Part shown: one piece after another, positions 1 through 12,040 of the stretch
How the letters are laid out: every line of letters begins with the position of its first letter
Numbering within the stretch: the stretch's first letter is position 1
Origin: Chromera velia
Taxonomy: Eukaryota
Assembly (NCBI GenBank): GCA_018398765.1
Contig: JAHBMJ010000418.1
Coordinates: 1-48,645 of the forward strand
Length of the DNA: 48,645 nucleotides
Reading direction: 5' to 3'
Program-made: the position numbers and the translations under genes
Notes under the pieces: model-generated
Databases searched by the model: none
What the model saw: only the letters and a program-made list of their open reading frames with translations
What the model was told of the DNA's origin: nothing

Positions 1-148
1 CCCCTCTCTCACACACACAGACAGACACATAGAGACAGAGAGACAGAAAGACAGACAGACAGAGAGAGAGAGAGAGAGAGTCGTCCAGGCGATAGAGAAG
101 CCAAGTGTCCATTCAGGCCGAATCGTAAGGAAAGCAGAGGGAGGGATC

Positions 149-173
149 TTGCGCCGTTTCCGCTTTCATCTTT
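149..173 (-). CDS. AGO: Candidate short Argonaute exon 4 (start of L2); 3' boundary uncertain, gene continues beyond the window start
   Basis: Acceptor GCATAG ends at 174 and gives in-phase (R)KMKAETAQ, resembling the RKL...Q start of L2. There is no GT donor before the in-frame TGA at 115-113. Confidence 0.4.
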
Positions 174-210
174 CTATGCACGCGCCAGGGAGAGTAAATG
201 AGAGTGGCAC

Positions 211-375
211 AAAGGAAGGAAGGAAGGAAGGAAGGAAGGGAGGGAAGGAAGGAAGGAAGGAAGGAAGGAAGGGAGGAAGGGAGGAAGGGAGGAAGGGAGG
301 AAGGGAGGAAGGGAGGAAGGGAGAAAGGAAGGAAGGAAGGAAGGAAAGGCAGGAAGGGAGGGAAGGAAGGAAGAG
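211..375. repeat. (GGAA)n/(GGGA)n simple repeat inside Argonaute intron 3
   Basis: Directly visible purine-rich tandem repeat. Confidence 0.95.
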
Positions 376-406
376 AGAACAAAAAAAAGGGGGAGGGCCC
401 ACAGAC

Positions 407-748
407 CTTGCAAGGCACTGGAAGGGGTCCACAGAGCAGCACTTCAGGGGAACAAAAACGTCCCTCTTTCCCGAGTGCATGCGGACGAGGTCGTCCTCGG
501 GGTGGATCTCAGGAATCCCCAGGTGATGGTACTTCGGGTCGGCCCTCAGTTGGTTGAAGTACTCGCACACCGTCATCTCGCCCTCTTCCGGAGGTGGCCG
601 AGAGAACTTGTTCTCTCCTGCCTTGTAGTACGGGTTGGAGGGCTCGAAGGCTTTGAAGTGGTGCTTCTTCTGCTTGGCCTTGCAGATCAACCCGAGTCGC
701 CTCATCGCTGGGTGGTGATTCAGCCTGTCTTCGTCTCGGCAATCGAAG
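407..748 (-). CDS. AGO: Argonaute exon 3: PAZ domain
   Basis: Acceptor TTCCTGCAG ends at 749, donor GTCTGT at 406-401. Encodes EMTVCEYF...DLVRM...DVFVPLKCCSVDPFQ, matching the PAZ pattern TV.EYF...P.E.C.+...Q. Phase is consistent with exon 2. Confidence 0.88.
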
Positions 749-1097
749 CTGCAGGAAGAAAGCCACTCGACGACTTCAGGTCATTCAGTGACAAATGAGG
801 ACACACTCACTCACCCAGAAGGGAAAAGACGAAAAGGAAAAAGGGACAAGAAGAAAAAGGACGGAGTGAGATTCTGCCGGTGCCAGCATGTTAGAGCAGC
901 TAGGCAGAGAGGGAGGCAGGCGAGCAGGAATAGTGGAAAGAACACAAGCTGGATTTCATGTTTGTCTATTGAGCTTCATACGAGAGATAGAGAGGAGGCA
1001 TTTATTTGTAAGAGGGAAGCACAGATAGGCGCACAGGATAAAAAACCACACATCCCTCAACCCCCTCCAGAGGCCCCCCCCTTCCCCTCCCACTGAC

Positions 1098-1742
1098 TGT
1101 CGGAGAGGTTTCCCCAGGAGGTCCTCCATGTACTTCTGAAGAGAGTACGCGTCTCCCCGCCCGTCTCCCCCGATGGCGAGACCGGTCGCCGCATTCAGGC
1201 ACAAGGTCAGCTTCAGATCCTCCGGATTACCCCCAGTCCGCACAAGGCCGATGGAACACCTGAACCCGAACCACCCAGCCGCAGACCTTCCGGTCTGGAT
1301 CTGAAACAGATAGTCCCTCCTGTGGGGAAAAAACGCCCCCGCTCTCTTCGAACAGACCAACGCATCAGAATCCTGCCCCTTATCCACGGTCAGAACGGAA
1401 TTCACCATCGTGTTCATGGAGTTCAGGATTTGGAGTTTGTCCTCGTAGGGAGTGTTCGGGTCGAAAATGCGACCCCACTCCAGGACCACTCCCGTCGGTT
1501 TCACCTGCATCGATCGTTCGTCTGTCACAGGAAGCTCTCTGTCGGCGTAGATGATCTTGTCGCCGTCGTAGAACATCTTCGTGTCCTGGTTGCGGCGCAT
1601 GAATCCGGCGATCATTCTCTCTCTCCTCGCCCTCTGGTCCTCGAAGGAGTCGTCTTTCCAAACAACGGCGTGGTGGTAGACTTTGGTCTCTCTGCTGATC
1701 GTCACTTCAAAGTGGTTGATGTCAACCGTGAAGGGACCAGTG
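1098..1742 (-). CDS. AGO: Argonaute exon 2: N domain and linker L1
   Basis: Acceptor TTTTCTCGCAG ends at 1743, donor GTCAGT at 1097-1092. Encodes TVDINHFEVTISRETKVYHHAV (NHF...VYHY-type motif), MFYDGDKIIY (YDG motif) and GWFGFRCSI...LTLCLN (L1 motif). Length 645 nt keeps phase 2/2. Confidence 0.88.
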
Positions 1743-1842
1743 CTGCGAGAAAAGTCAAAAAGAATTTGCGTAAAGCGTGCTGTCAGGCAGAGGCGGGGTA
1801 CAACGGGAAGGAGGAAAGAAGGAGGAAGACATCAAAGGGGCG

Positions 1843-2010
1843 GCAAGGCAAGGCAAGAAGGCAAGGCAAGAAGGCAAGGCAAGAAGGCAAGGCAAGAAGG
1901 CAAGGCAAGAAGGCAAGGCAAGGCAAGAAGGCAAGGCAAGAAGGCAAGGCAAGAAGGCAAGGCAAGAAGGCAAGGCAAGAAGGCAAGGCAAGGCAAGGCA
2001 AGGGAAGGCA
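1843..2010. repeat. (AAGGC)n/(AAGGCAAGGCAAG)n tandem repeat inside Argonaute intron 1
   Basis: Directly visible 5-bp/13-bp periodic repeat. Confidence 0.95.
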
Positions 2011-2209
2011 GAGACTATTGGCAGACCAAGAAGCAATGGAGAAGCAGAGAGGCAGTCAGCCCAGCAAAAGGAAACCGTCATTGAACAGACCACTAATGGG
2101 GGAGACACACGGACAAAGGGATAAGTTTCAGACACTTCGAGGCTGCCGGTTTATCTCTCGACTGTTTCAAATCAATACAAAAGAGCAACAACTCCAAAAC
2201 TGGACTTAC

Positions 2210-2989
2210 AATTGTGGACCTCCTCCCCCGCCTCCGCCTCCGCCTCCCCGTCCTCCTCCGAAGCCACCTCGGCCACCACCACCGCCGCCACCATAACCCC
2301 CTCTTCCATACCCGCCTCCCCCATATCCACCCCCCCCGTACCCACCCCCATTGCCACCGTAGCCTCCCCCATTACCACCGTAGCCACCGCTATTGCCACC
2401 ANNNNNNNNNNNNNNNNNNNNNNNNNNNNNNNNNNNNNNNNNNNNNNNNNNNNNNNNNNNNNNNNNNNNNNNNNNNNNNNNNNNNNNNNNNNNNNNNNNN
2501 NNNNNNNNNNNNNNNNNNNNNNNNNNNNNNNNNNNNNNNNNNNNNNNNNNNNNNNNNNNNNNNNNNNNNNNNNNNNNNNNNNNNNNNNNNNNNNNNNNNN
2601 NNNNNNNNNNNNNNNNNNNNNNNNNNNNNNNNNNNNNNNNNNNNNNNNNNNNNNNNNNNNNNNNNNNNNNNNNNNNNNNNNNNNNNNNNNNNNNNNNNNN
2701 NNNNNNNNNNNNNNNNNNNNNNNNNNNNNNNNNNNNNNNNNNNNNNNNNNNNNNNNNNNNNNNNNNNNNNNNNNNNNNNNNNNNNNNNNNNNNNNNNNNN
2801 NNNNNNNNNNNNNNNNNNNNNNNNNNNNNNNNNNNNNNNNNNNNNNNNNNNNNNNNNNNNNNNNNNNNNNNNNNNNNNNNNNNNNNNTCTGCCTCCCCCC
2901 CCATACCCACCACCACCGTAGCTCCCTCCACCCCCCCGGTAGCCTTCGTGGCCCGGAGGCGAGCGCGAACGATCCCTCCTGCGCTCCAT
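2210..2989 (-). CDS. AGO: Argonaute exon 1: Gly/Arg/Tyr-rich (RGG/GGY) N-terminal extension, spanning an N gap
   Basis: ATG at 2989 gives MERRRDRSRSPPGHEGYRGGGGSYGGGGY; after the gap GGYGRGGYGGGGGGGRGGFGGGRGG...GPQ followed by donor GTAAGT (2209-2204). Splices in phase (TT|C = Phe) into the Argonaute N-domain exon. Confidence 0.8.
2402..2887. other. Assembly gap (486 N) within the Gly-rich exon; further gaps at 9911-9956 and 21603
   Basis: Runs of N. Confidence 1.
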
Positions 2990-5900
2990 CCAACTCGGGA
3001 GACGGCGAAAGGTTCAGTACAAGAGATTGAAGCCTGAAGAAACACGGCAGTTCTTTTTGTCACCTGTCTTTGCAGCTAAGTCAACAGGAATGTCAAGCAC
3101 AGAAACTGGTGTACGGTGGGCTCTATGACTTGAGTTGATCGACTGATTTCCTCCTTGCTGAAGACAGTATGACAGCTGTGCAGATCTGAGCTGCAGACTG
3201 AGACTGAGCAGTCAAAGATTCGGATTTCTGTATCGGTTGCCGTTCGTCACGCTCGCGCTGTCGCCGCGCGCGCTAGCTCTTTTCAAGTCTTTTCGGGACC
3301 TGCATGCCGGGGCACTTTTTTTCGACTGCAATTTCGCAGGGGGCCCATGCATCATGCCGCCCCGCACAAATGGGCCCATTTAATTGGGTCTTCACTTCCC
3401 AAGCCAAAGACCGTCAAAGAGATTCCATTCCTGAATTGAGTTTTCCGAAAACACGCTTGACAAACAGAAGCTGTCCCCAGAGATTGTATCGATAAACGAC
3501 ATGGAAGCTTTCTTGTGGTGTCTCGACGCTGTCTTGAACCCTCTCATCAGAAACTGAATTTTCATTTGAGTCGAGACGGCTCAAATAATTGGGGCTGCTG
3601 TGCAATGGCTTTCTAATAGAGGCAAACGCCGTCGCTGAAGCATGACACTTACATACACAACGACTCAGCTGCTCAAAAGGCCCGTCGGAACACGTGCAGC
3701 AGGAAGGAAAGGGGGTCCGTGCACGTTTTGGAGTGATGAGTGCAGCAGTGTCGAGACCCACCAACTGGGTTCACTTAATTTTCCTCTCCACAGATGATGA
3801 TCTTTCTCACCCACACGTCTTCGACTACAGTTCGATATCCTCCACTGCCTTGGCAGGTCTTCTCTATTCTGCACTTGAAAGACCTTGGAGCCATGCTTCA
3901 GCCCCTGTGTGATGACTTTGTTTCATTCTTATGAGCGGAGACGGCTGCTTTTTGGACCTTCCCCGAGCCTGCCTTTTTGTCTCGATTGGATCCTGCGTGC
4001 CATTAGAACGGCACGCATCCCCGTCCTCGCTGATGTGGACGTCTTGCTGGAAACAAAGCTCACCCTTCCCTCGCCCAAAGATGCCTAGAGGAGAGGCCTG
4101 GGGTTTTGACGTCTTCGGAGACGCCTGGACAAGCCAAAGACTGGTCAGTTGGAGGTTTGCAAGCCGTCTCCTCTGCTTTCCTCAGTCCTGTTGCATTTAG
4201 GTGCACCATCTCTCGATCTGTTTTGTGTGCAGGCTGCCGTCTGTCTGTCTACCGTCTGCCTTGGAGATGTGGCAAGCAGTTCTTGTGCTCCTGAAGGATT
4301 CTTTGAGTTGACTTTGGTCATGGACGGCTTCGTCTGTTTGCGAGGAGAGCGAAAAGCCTTTCCACACTTTTTCGTTCAGAGGTCACGCAAAGTCAGGTCA
4401 GCTCTCGGTCAGTCCTTTCAGACAGAAAGGGGCTAAGTGAGTAGACACTGAGGAAGGAAGAGACCCTTCGGCCTCCAGGCAAAGAGACCCTTCCCGCTGT
4501 TCCTCTTCATGCTCTCCTTCCACTTCCCCTTTCCTTTCCCACGTCTCCCTACCTCTCAGCCCCTCTCCACCCCTTTCCTCCCCTCTCTTCCTCCTCCTCT
4601 CTGTTCCTCCCCTCCTTGCCCTCCCCCTTTACTCTTCTCTCTTCCCTGGCTGGGGCAGTTGGCAGGGTGCTGGTGCGCATGAGCGAGTCTGTGATGAGTT
4701 TGCGATGGCTTGGCTGTGCGTGTGCCTCATAACGAAGGAGGGGGTCGAATATGGCTTTGAATGGTGTGCATTCTGCTTTGGTGGATGGCCTCCTTTAGAT
4801 TTACGCATGCAGACGTGGGTCAATCCCCCCACAGGGATCCCTCCCTGTACACATGTCATTGTGTGAACCGACTTGCAGGGTGGTAGCGGACATGCGCGAG
4901 TTTGTGGACGGCTGTGCTGTGCATGTGTCTGAGATTTTTCTTTGACTTGTCATTTCCGTGCAGGTGGAGAAATGGTCCCGTCACCGACTGTCGTTGCATT
5001 GCTTGTCGTTAACTCTTCCAAGGCGGTTGCCGTTGACGTGATTGCTGCGGTCAGTCAGAACAGTCTTATTCGTCTATTTGTTCTTCGATTCGCAGAATTT
5101 TTCTCCCTTCGCAACTTTCACTGGAAGATGGGAAAAGCTCCTTGCTGGGCTCGCCTGTGTACTTCCTTTCCCATGTGGATGAGAATGTCTAGGCTTTCCT
5201 GCCACCTGCCCATTGAAAGCTACTTTGCACTTTTCTTCGACTATTCCTGGCTGGTCTTTTTGTTCCCTGTTGCTCTCGCATTCAAATTCCTTCGTCTGCA
5301 TGTGATTACTGCAGGCACAGAAAGAGCATGAACGAAATGCAAGAAGAAAAAAGGAGACGCTGACCACGAATCCGAAAAGAAGGTCAGGGGGCCTTGGATT
5401 GCATGGCTGTCTTGGCTGCTGTGCGAATTTGTCATTCCCTCTTTTCTGCTCAAAAGCATCCCACTTATTTGGGTTCCATGCACACACATTTCTTCAGAGC
5501 AAAGGCAGGAGCCTCAGCCAGAATGGATCCGAATGAACTTCAGTTCCGTGACTTCTCTCTCAGTGTCTGCGGGTTTGAAGCTAGGTCTCTAAATCCGCAG
5601 TGCCACTCGTCTTCGCCTTGCATTGTTTCGATGCGGTCTTTCCGTTCTCTCTACATATCTCCTTCACTGCTTTGCCTTCTCTGTTCTTACTATTCTGCTT
5701 TTGTCCTTTCTTCATCCCTTTCCACCTCGACGTCTCCCGATTGAATTTCTGTTGCCTGCTTTCTCGAGTTGATTTCTACCTTCCTGTTTTTGTGCCTCCG
5801 TCTGCGTGCCCGTTGGCCCTTTCTTTCTTGAACGCACCATGATCTCTCTCAACGACTTCACCGAATCTAAGACTTTGTGACTCCACCCCAAATAGCGTTT

Positions 5901-6159
5901 TTCTTTCGATGACGGTTGTTGGGACTGTGGCACTCCAGCTGAAAGTTCTTTTCTGCCCTCTTCCCTGCAGACACACACTTGACCGACGGCACCCACGTCC
6001 TTCCTGTCCAACCATAGATCGTGTCCAAGTCCCCCAAGGTGCGCTCACTCTCCCTTGTCCCTCCTGTCCCTGCGAGTGCACCCCCCTTGACCCTGTTGAG
6101 TGCGTGCGTGCAGTTGCATGGGGGGGGATGGTGGGTGGGGGGGTCGGGCCTGCTGTGTA

Positions 6160-7540
6160 GTTCTGACGTCCCTCTCTCGTCTTCTCTCCTCTCTCCCCCC
6201 TTGCCCTCGGCCCCCCTCCCATTTCAGCCTCTCACTCCCGCCAGCCCCCGACAGCAACCCAGCCAACTAGGAGTCCCCACTTGCCGACCTATCTAGCCCA
6301 CGTTTATCCCAGGTCAAGTGCCTGCTAGCTAATTCCCTACAGCCCTCCCAGGTCAAGCGCCTGCTAGCTGACTCCCCACAGCCCTCCTAACAATTCTCTC
6401 CTTTCACCGTCCGAAGCCGCGAAGCGCTGCCCGACTGAGGAGCTCGAATCTAGGATTCTATGGTGTGCTGCGGTGGTTTGAGGATTTTCTGCGACTTCAA
6501 GACCCAACCTTCCAGCCTCCTTCTGCCCTAATTCCTACCGCTTCTTTCGGAGTTCTGACGTCCCTCTCCCGTCCCTCTATCCCCATGCCCACGGCCCCCG
6601 TCCCGAGTCTTCACCCTCTGACTCCCACCAGCCCCCCGCCTGCTTTCCCACCCAGTGAGCACCCCAGTTACTGTATCCCAGGTCAAGTGCCTGCTAGGTT
6701 CCTGTCTGTTCTTTCCCCCTTTGAAACTTTGATTCTTTAGGGACGTTGCCACGAAGTGCTGCCAAATTTTGGAATCCTAGAATTTCGTCTCCCTAGAATC
6801 CCGAGAGAATTTGTTCCGGACCCAGCAGTCCTCTCCGGCCTCCCATGCATTCTGCCGTTTCCGTCCTGCGTCTCGTCCCTTCTCCGATTCCCCTTTGTGC
6901 AATTCCGACCAACCCAGCACCCCAGGCCAATGCTTCTGCGAGCTCTCTTACCACTGCCGTCCCCTCTTCCAAAATTATTGAACGAGAAAAGAACGTGCCG
7001 CGAAGCGCTGCCGGATTTTGGACCCCGCACATCCCTAAAAACAACGCTGCACCCGTTTTTTCCCTGAAAACGTCGTATCCCCACTGGTTCATTGTGACTG
7101 AAGAAACAGCATTTCATCCCCAGCCGAATTCTATGGACCAACCTCGTGTTCTCTCTCGACGCAGCGTCATTTCGTTGTCGGACGTTGCCCCCCCCCCCGG
7201 TAGTCCCACAATTCCCCCCTCTTTGGACGAGCCTCTACTCTCCTTTCCACGTTCCTTTCCTTCTCTTTTCAACTTTTATTTTCGTACTCTGAAGCCCAGT
7301 CTCTTATTCTCGTCCCTTTCCCAATCCTCCTCCCTTTCTAATGCTCCCCAAACTGAAACTGAGAAAAAAACAGACCATGCCGCGAAGCGCTGGCGGATTT
7401 TTCCTCCGCAGGGGTCCGTGGAGCCGCCCCCAGACATTTTCCCGTGTCCAAAGCCAAATCCGCCCTTTTGTCCTCATTCTTTTGATTCTCGCAGTCGGAA
7501 TTATGAAAGGAACACTAATGACTCCGCGGAGCGCTGCCGA
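6160..7540. repeat. Diverged local duplications plus five dispersed copies of a GCCGCGAAGCGCTGCC motif
   Basis: TTCTGACGTCCCTCTC at ~6161 and ~6553; CCCAGGTCAAG(T/C)GCCTGCTAG at ~6308, ~6347 and ~6677; 16-mer motif at 6416, 6748, 6997, 7379 and 7524. Confidence 0.75.
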
Positions 7541-7722
7541 ATGTTCCAGCAAAACACGGGAACCTTCCTTTGGGGTGCGTGCAGCTGATGTTGTTGCAAT
7601 TCAACATACGCCGTGTGTCCAGCTCGTACTGCGCCGTGCGTCTCGTCGTCTGCTCTTGACCCAAGCTTCTTTCTTTCCATTTTTTTGTACGCGAGCGCGC
7701 GAGTGTGGGTGCAAAAATGTGA

Positions 7723-7753
7723 CTCTCTCCCTCTCTCTCTCTCTCTTTTTCTT

Positions 7754-7784
<31 letters not shown>

Positions 7785-7848
7785 CTGTCTGTCTGTCTGT
7801 CTGTCTGCATGTGCGTAAGTGCGTGCATGCGTGCGTGCGTGTGTGTGT

Positions 7849-7879
<31 letters not shown>

Positions 7880-8313
7880 GCGTGTCTGTGTCTGATTCAT
7901 TCATGCCAAGCGTCGACGAACTTCTCAAATCCGAGATCAGCCTTCCCTTTCATCTCATCATTTCCGCGAGGTGACGACGCAGTGCAAAAGACGGGGGGCA
8001 CGCCATTCAAGCTGCTCGTGATGGGACCTTGCTGACGCCAATCAGGTTCGTGGTCAGTGTTAACAGGAGTTTACATCTAGGTTTACATCTGTTTCATTTC
8101 ATTGATGTTCATTAAGTGAATTTTTTTGCCGAACGAGAATACGAGTCCCTCTGAGCCGGGATTCATGGATAACGTAACGACAGTAAGTTGTTTTCCCTCT
8201 CCGTGTCTGTGGATGATAATTGCATTGAAATTCGTTCTTTGCTTCGTCTGTCTTGTTCCCAGAACATTTCTCTCTCTCTCTCTGTCCCCCCCCCCCTCTC
8301 TCTGTAGGTAGGA

Positions 8314-8345
<32 letters not shown>

Positions 8346-8553
8346 CCGTGTGTGTATGCATGTGTATCTGTGTGTGTGTGTTTGTGTGTGTGCGCGCGCA
8401 CGAGGGTGTGCTTGATCAGAAAGGCGGAATCAAACAACTTTGTGAAGTGCGCTTTGTCTGTCTACTTTGATTCGCAGAGGTTTTACTTCCAGCTGTTCCG
8501 TTTTCTGTTCTAATATTTTAACTCAGTGCCTGTGTGGTTGTGTGTGTGACACA

Positions 8554-8589
<36 letters not shown>

Positions 8590-8675
8590 ATGTTTGTGTG
8601 TGCGTGTGTATGCGTGCGTATGCGTGCGTGCGTGCGTGCGTGCGCGTAGGTGTGTGTGTGTTTTGTGTGTGTGTA

Positions 8676-8712
<37 letters not shown>

Positions 8713-8770
8713 CTGTGTTTGTGTATCCGTGTGTGTGTGTGTGTGTATGTGTGTGTGTATCTGTGTGTGT

Positions 8771-8811
<41 letters not shown>

Positions 8812-9042
8812 TGTATGTGTGTGTATGTGTGTGTATGTGTGTGTGTATCCGTGTGTGTGTATCTGTGTGTGTGTATGTGTGTGTGTGTGTGTGTGTATCC
8901 ATGTGTGTATCCGTATGTGTATGCGTGCGTGCGTGTGTGTGTGTGTGTGTGTGTGTATGCGTGTGTGTATGCGTGTGTGTATGCGTGTGTGCGTGCGTGT
9001 GTGTACGCGTGTGTGTATGCGTGTGTGTATGCGTGTGTGCGT

Positions 9043-9080
<38 letters not shown>

Positions 9081-9313
9081 CTGTGTGTGTGCATCTGTGT
9101 GTGTGTATGTGTGTGTATGTATGTGTATCCGTGTGTGTGTGTGCGCGCGCGCGCACGAGGGTGTGCTTGATCAGAAAAAGGCAGAATCAAACAACTTTGT
9201 GAAGTGCGCTGTGTCTGTCTACTTTGATTCGCAGAGGTTTTAGTTCCAGCTGTTCCGTTTTCTGTTCTAATATTTTAACTCACTGCCTGTGTGGTTGTGT
9301 GTGTGACACACTG

Positions 9314-9353
<40 letters not shown>

Positions 9354-9713
9354 TGTGCGTGTGCGCGTGTGCGTGCGTACGTTTGGTGGTCTCTGCTATT
9401 TCTGTGTTTCAGTTTCTGTGTGACGAATCAATGATTGCAAACAAGATAGGAAGTGCCAACGTGCAGCGACTTGGAGTCAACAGAAAGAAACGTGTCACTG
9501 ATCAAACAAAACAAAGGCGAGCCGGCCGCCCTTCTGCGTCAGCCAGTGGCCAACGGCTTCGTCTCAGGAGAGGGGTCGAAGCGTCTATGCATGTATGAAT
9601 AAGACAGAGTGGAATCCTCTCATTCTCTTCTTCTCTCCTTTCGTTTCGGGGGACGCTTGCAGGAGAGGAACTCTCTTTGTGTCCCCGTCTCTCTCGCTCT
9701 GTCGCTCTCTTTC

Positions 9714-9763
<50 letters not shown>

Positions 9764-9774
9764 TGTGTGTGTCT

Positions 9775-9836
<62 letters not shown>

Positions 9837-9985
9837 CTCTCTCTCTCTGTGTGTATGTATGTGTAAATTTGTGTGCGCACGGTGTGTGTGTGTGTGTGTG
9901 TGTGTGTGTGNNNNNNNNNNNNNNNNNNNNNNNNNNNNNNNNNNNNNNNNNNNNNNGGGGGGAGGGGGACAGACAGACAGAGAGC
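7723..9985. repeat. Compound microsatellite block: (CT)n, (GT)n, (GTCT)n, poly-G
   Basis: Directly visible; accounts for the many spurious CV/TH-repeat ORFs. Confidence 0.97.
8392..9312. repeat. ~165-bp direct repeat (8392-8555 and ~9148-9312) embedded in (GT)n tracts
   Basis: GCGCACGAGGGTGTGCTTGATCAGAAA...TGTGACACACT occurs twice with a few substitutions and small indels. Confidence 0.9.
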
Positions 9986-12040
9986 GTATTTGATAATTTT
10001 CATTCACTTCTCGCTTTCTCGTTTCCCTGAAAACTTTAAAAGCATCCTTCGTTCGCTGACCGTCGCTGACTCCCGATTTTCTTTTCTTTGTTCCCTGTCC
10101 TTTTTCATGAGTTGTCCTTCTGTCTTCTCGTCTCGTCGATATCTGTCCGTGTATAGTAAACTAAATGAGATCGCAGGTGACTTTGTGCAGGGTTGCGATC
10201 GGCCGCCTAGTCGGCCACTGGATCTGTCGTGGCTGTTCTGTGGGGGGAGCTCTTCGGCATGACAAGGCTGTGGAAAGAAAGCTCAGGAGAATGCAGAAGA
10301 AGAGACTGCGGCCTGTGGTCGCATCTCTTGATATCTTTTGCATGGTAAGTCAACTTGGCTGTGTATGGGGTTTGAAGCGCGTACTATTGTGAGGACGGTG
10401 TTGGATGCGTTGTCTTGCTTTTCGCGTGTCCTTACACGTGTGCTTTCTCTGCAGATCTTGCACGCTGTGCCCAGGATTTCAGGTATGTGTTCTGACGTTT
10501 TCTTCTAGGTTTCATCTCATGTTTTGCAGATGTTAAGTGTTTCTTCTGTATTGCATCACATTGCTTGAAAGAGACAAAGCACTGAATAAGTGCCAGTGTG
10601 ACGTTGTTTTCTCTTTCGGTGCTTTTTTGCGCTTGTGACTGACAGTGTCATAAGATTGATCTCGCTGAAAGTTTGCTCTCAGACTTCATACCTTTAAGTG
10701 TCATTCTTTATCTTTCTCTTCAGATACTGCGTATCTTCGGGTTATTGGTCTTAAAGGTTTTTGTACCGCAGGTGCTGCTGTTTTGTGCACCTTGAAGATT
10801 CTCTAGCAGAACAGAAGGTCGCAGCTTTTACGTTGGCTCAGTGTTTCTTTTTTAGTTGTTTCAGCAAGCTCACCAGCTGCTTGACTTCTCTTTGGACTCC
10901 CTGTGTGTTTGTTTTCGAATGAGAGGTTTCTTTTGCCCCTTTTGTAGTGATTGTGCAAACAGCATCTGTGCAGTCAGCTTGCAGACTGTACTACAGTCTA
11001 CCTCAAACTGTTCACAGCTTTTTGGTACAGGTTTGCAGATGACCAGAAGACCGGAGTTTGCAGCAAAAAGCTGATTGCAGTAACTTGCAGCAGCCGTAAA
11101 GGAAAAACAGTCTGTGTACCATTCTGCCGTATATATAAAAATTCGTAACGATATTAAGCTGATGTCATACAGTTTAATACGTATATATGATGCGTTTTTT
11201 TCATTATAACATTATTTTAATGTATAAGTACAGCATAACAATAGTTTCCGTAGTGTTTGTTCAATAAAATGACATAAAATATTTTTAATTTTGTTTGATT
11301 ATCGGCGGGTTTTGATTGATTTGATTAATTTATGATGTGAAATAAAATCGTGAAATGTATGACACTGTCACTAACATAATAAACAAAAAGTATTTCAATG
11401 TTTAAGTCGATATACTCCGCAGAAGTGAGAGCGATTGAGAGTGCATAAGGCATCAATTTATTGATATAGCTAAATATAAGTATATAAATTCTATAATTTG
11501 ATGGGTGATAATGTATGATCAACAATAATTAATAAACTAGCTTATGCCTCTAAGCACTTCATTCACTTCGAGCTGTTGGCGTTACATTTGATTTAGTGTG
11601 TATGTGGGTGCATGTTGGTGTTGCATTATGTTCCATACATGCTAGTATTGCTTTTTAAAGCCTCTTGCATGATGCACAGCAAGAATAATCTGCGTGCGCG
11701 CACGTTTGACCATAAAATTTGATCAAAAGCATACGTGCGTTCTTGCATTGGATCAAGTGACTGTTACTAGCCGGATGGCTTTCTTTTGAAGCATCCTTGC
11801 TTGTCAGTCACAACAAACCAAGACCTTAAAAAGAAAGTCGGCGCAGTGAAGACTACTGACTAGACTGTCCATCTAGCTTATAGCTTATCTTACAAGCTAG
11901 TTTGTATGCGGTGTGAACCCCTGTTGGGAATGTCACATTACAGCAGATTCAGATTCAGACTGATGTAGCCTTGTCACGTTTCCAGTTTCCAGGTTGTGAG
12001 CTGAATTCTATTGTTGTTGATATGTGTTCTTTCTGAGAAG

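Noticed and set aside
2206..2989. Frame change between the two sides of Argonaute exon 1
   Set aside because: It falls across an N gap of estimated length, so it is not evidence of a frameshift.
3034..3063. 30-nt GT-AG segment in the Argonaute 5' UTR (minus strand)
   Set aside because: Plausible splice signals, but there is no frame constraint or transcript evidence to support it.
7515..10030. Many CV-, TH- and ER-rich ORFs (also the K/E/G- and ARQGK-rich ORFs at 149-557 and 1683-2135)
   Set aside because: They are translations of microsatellites and intronic simple repeats.
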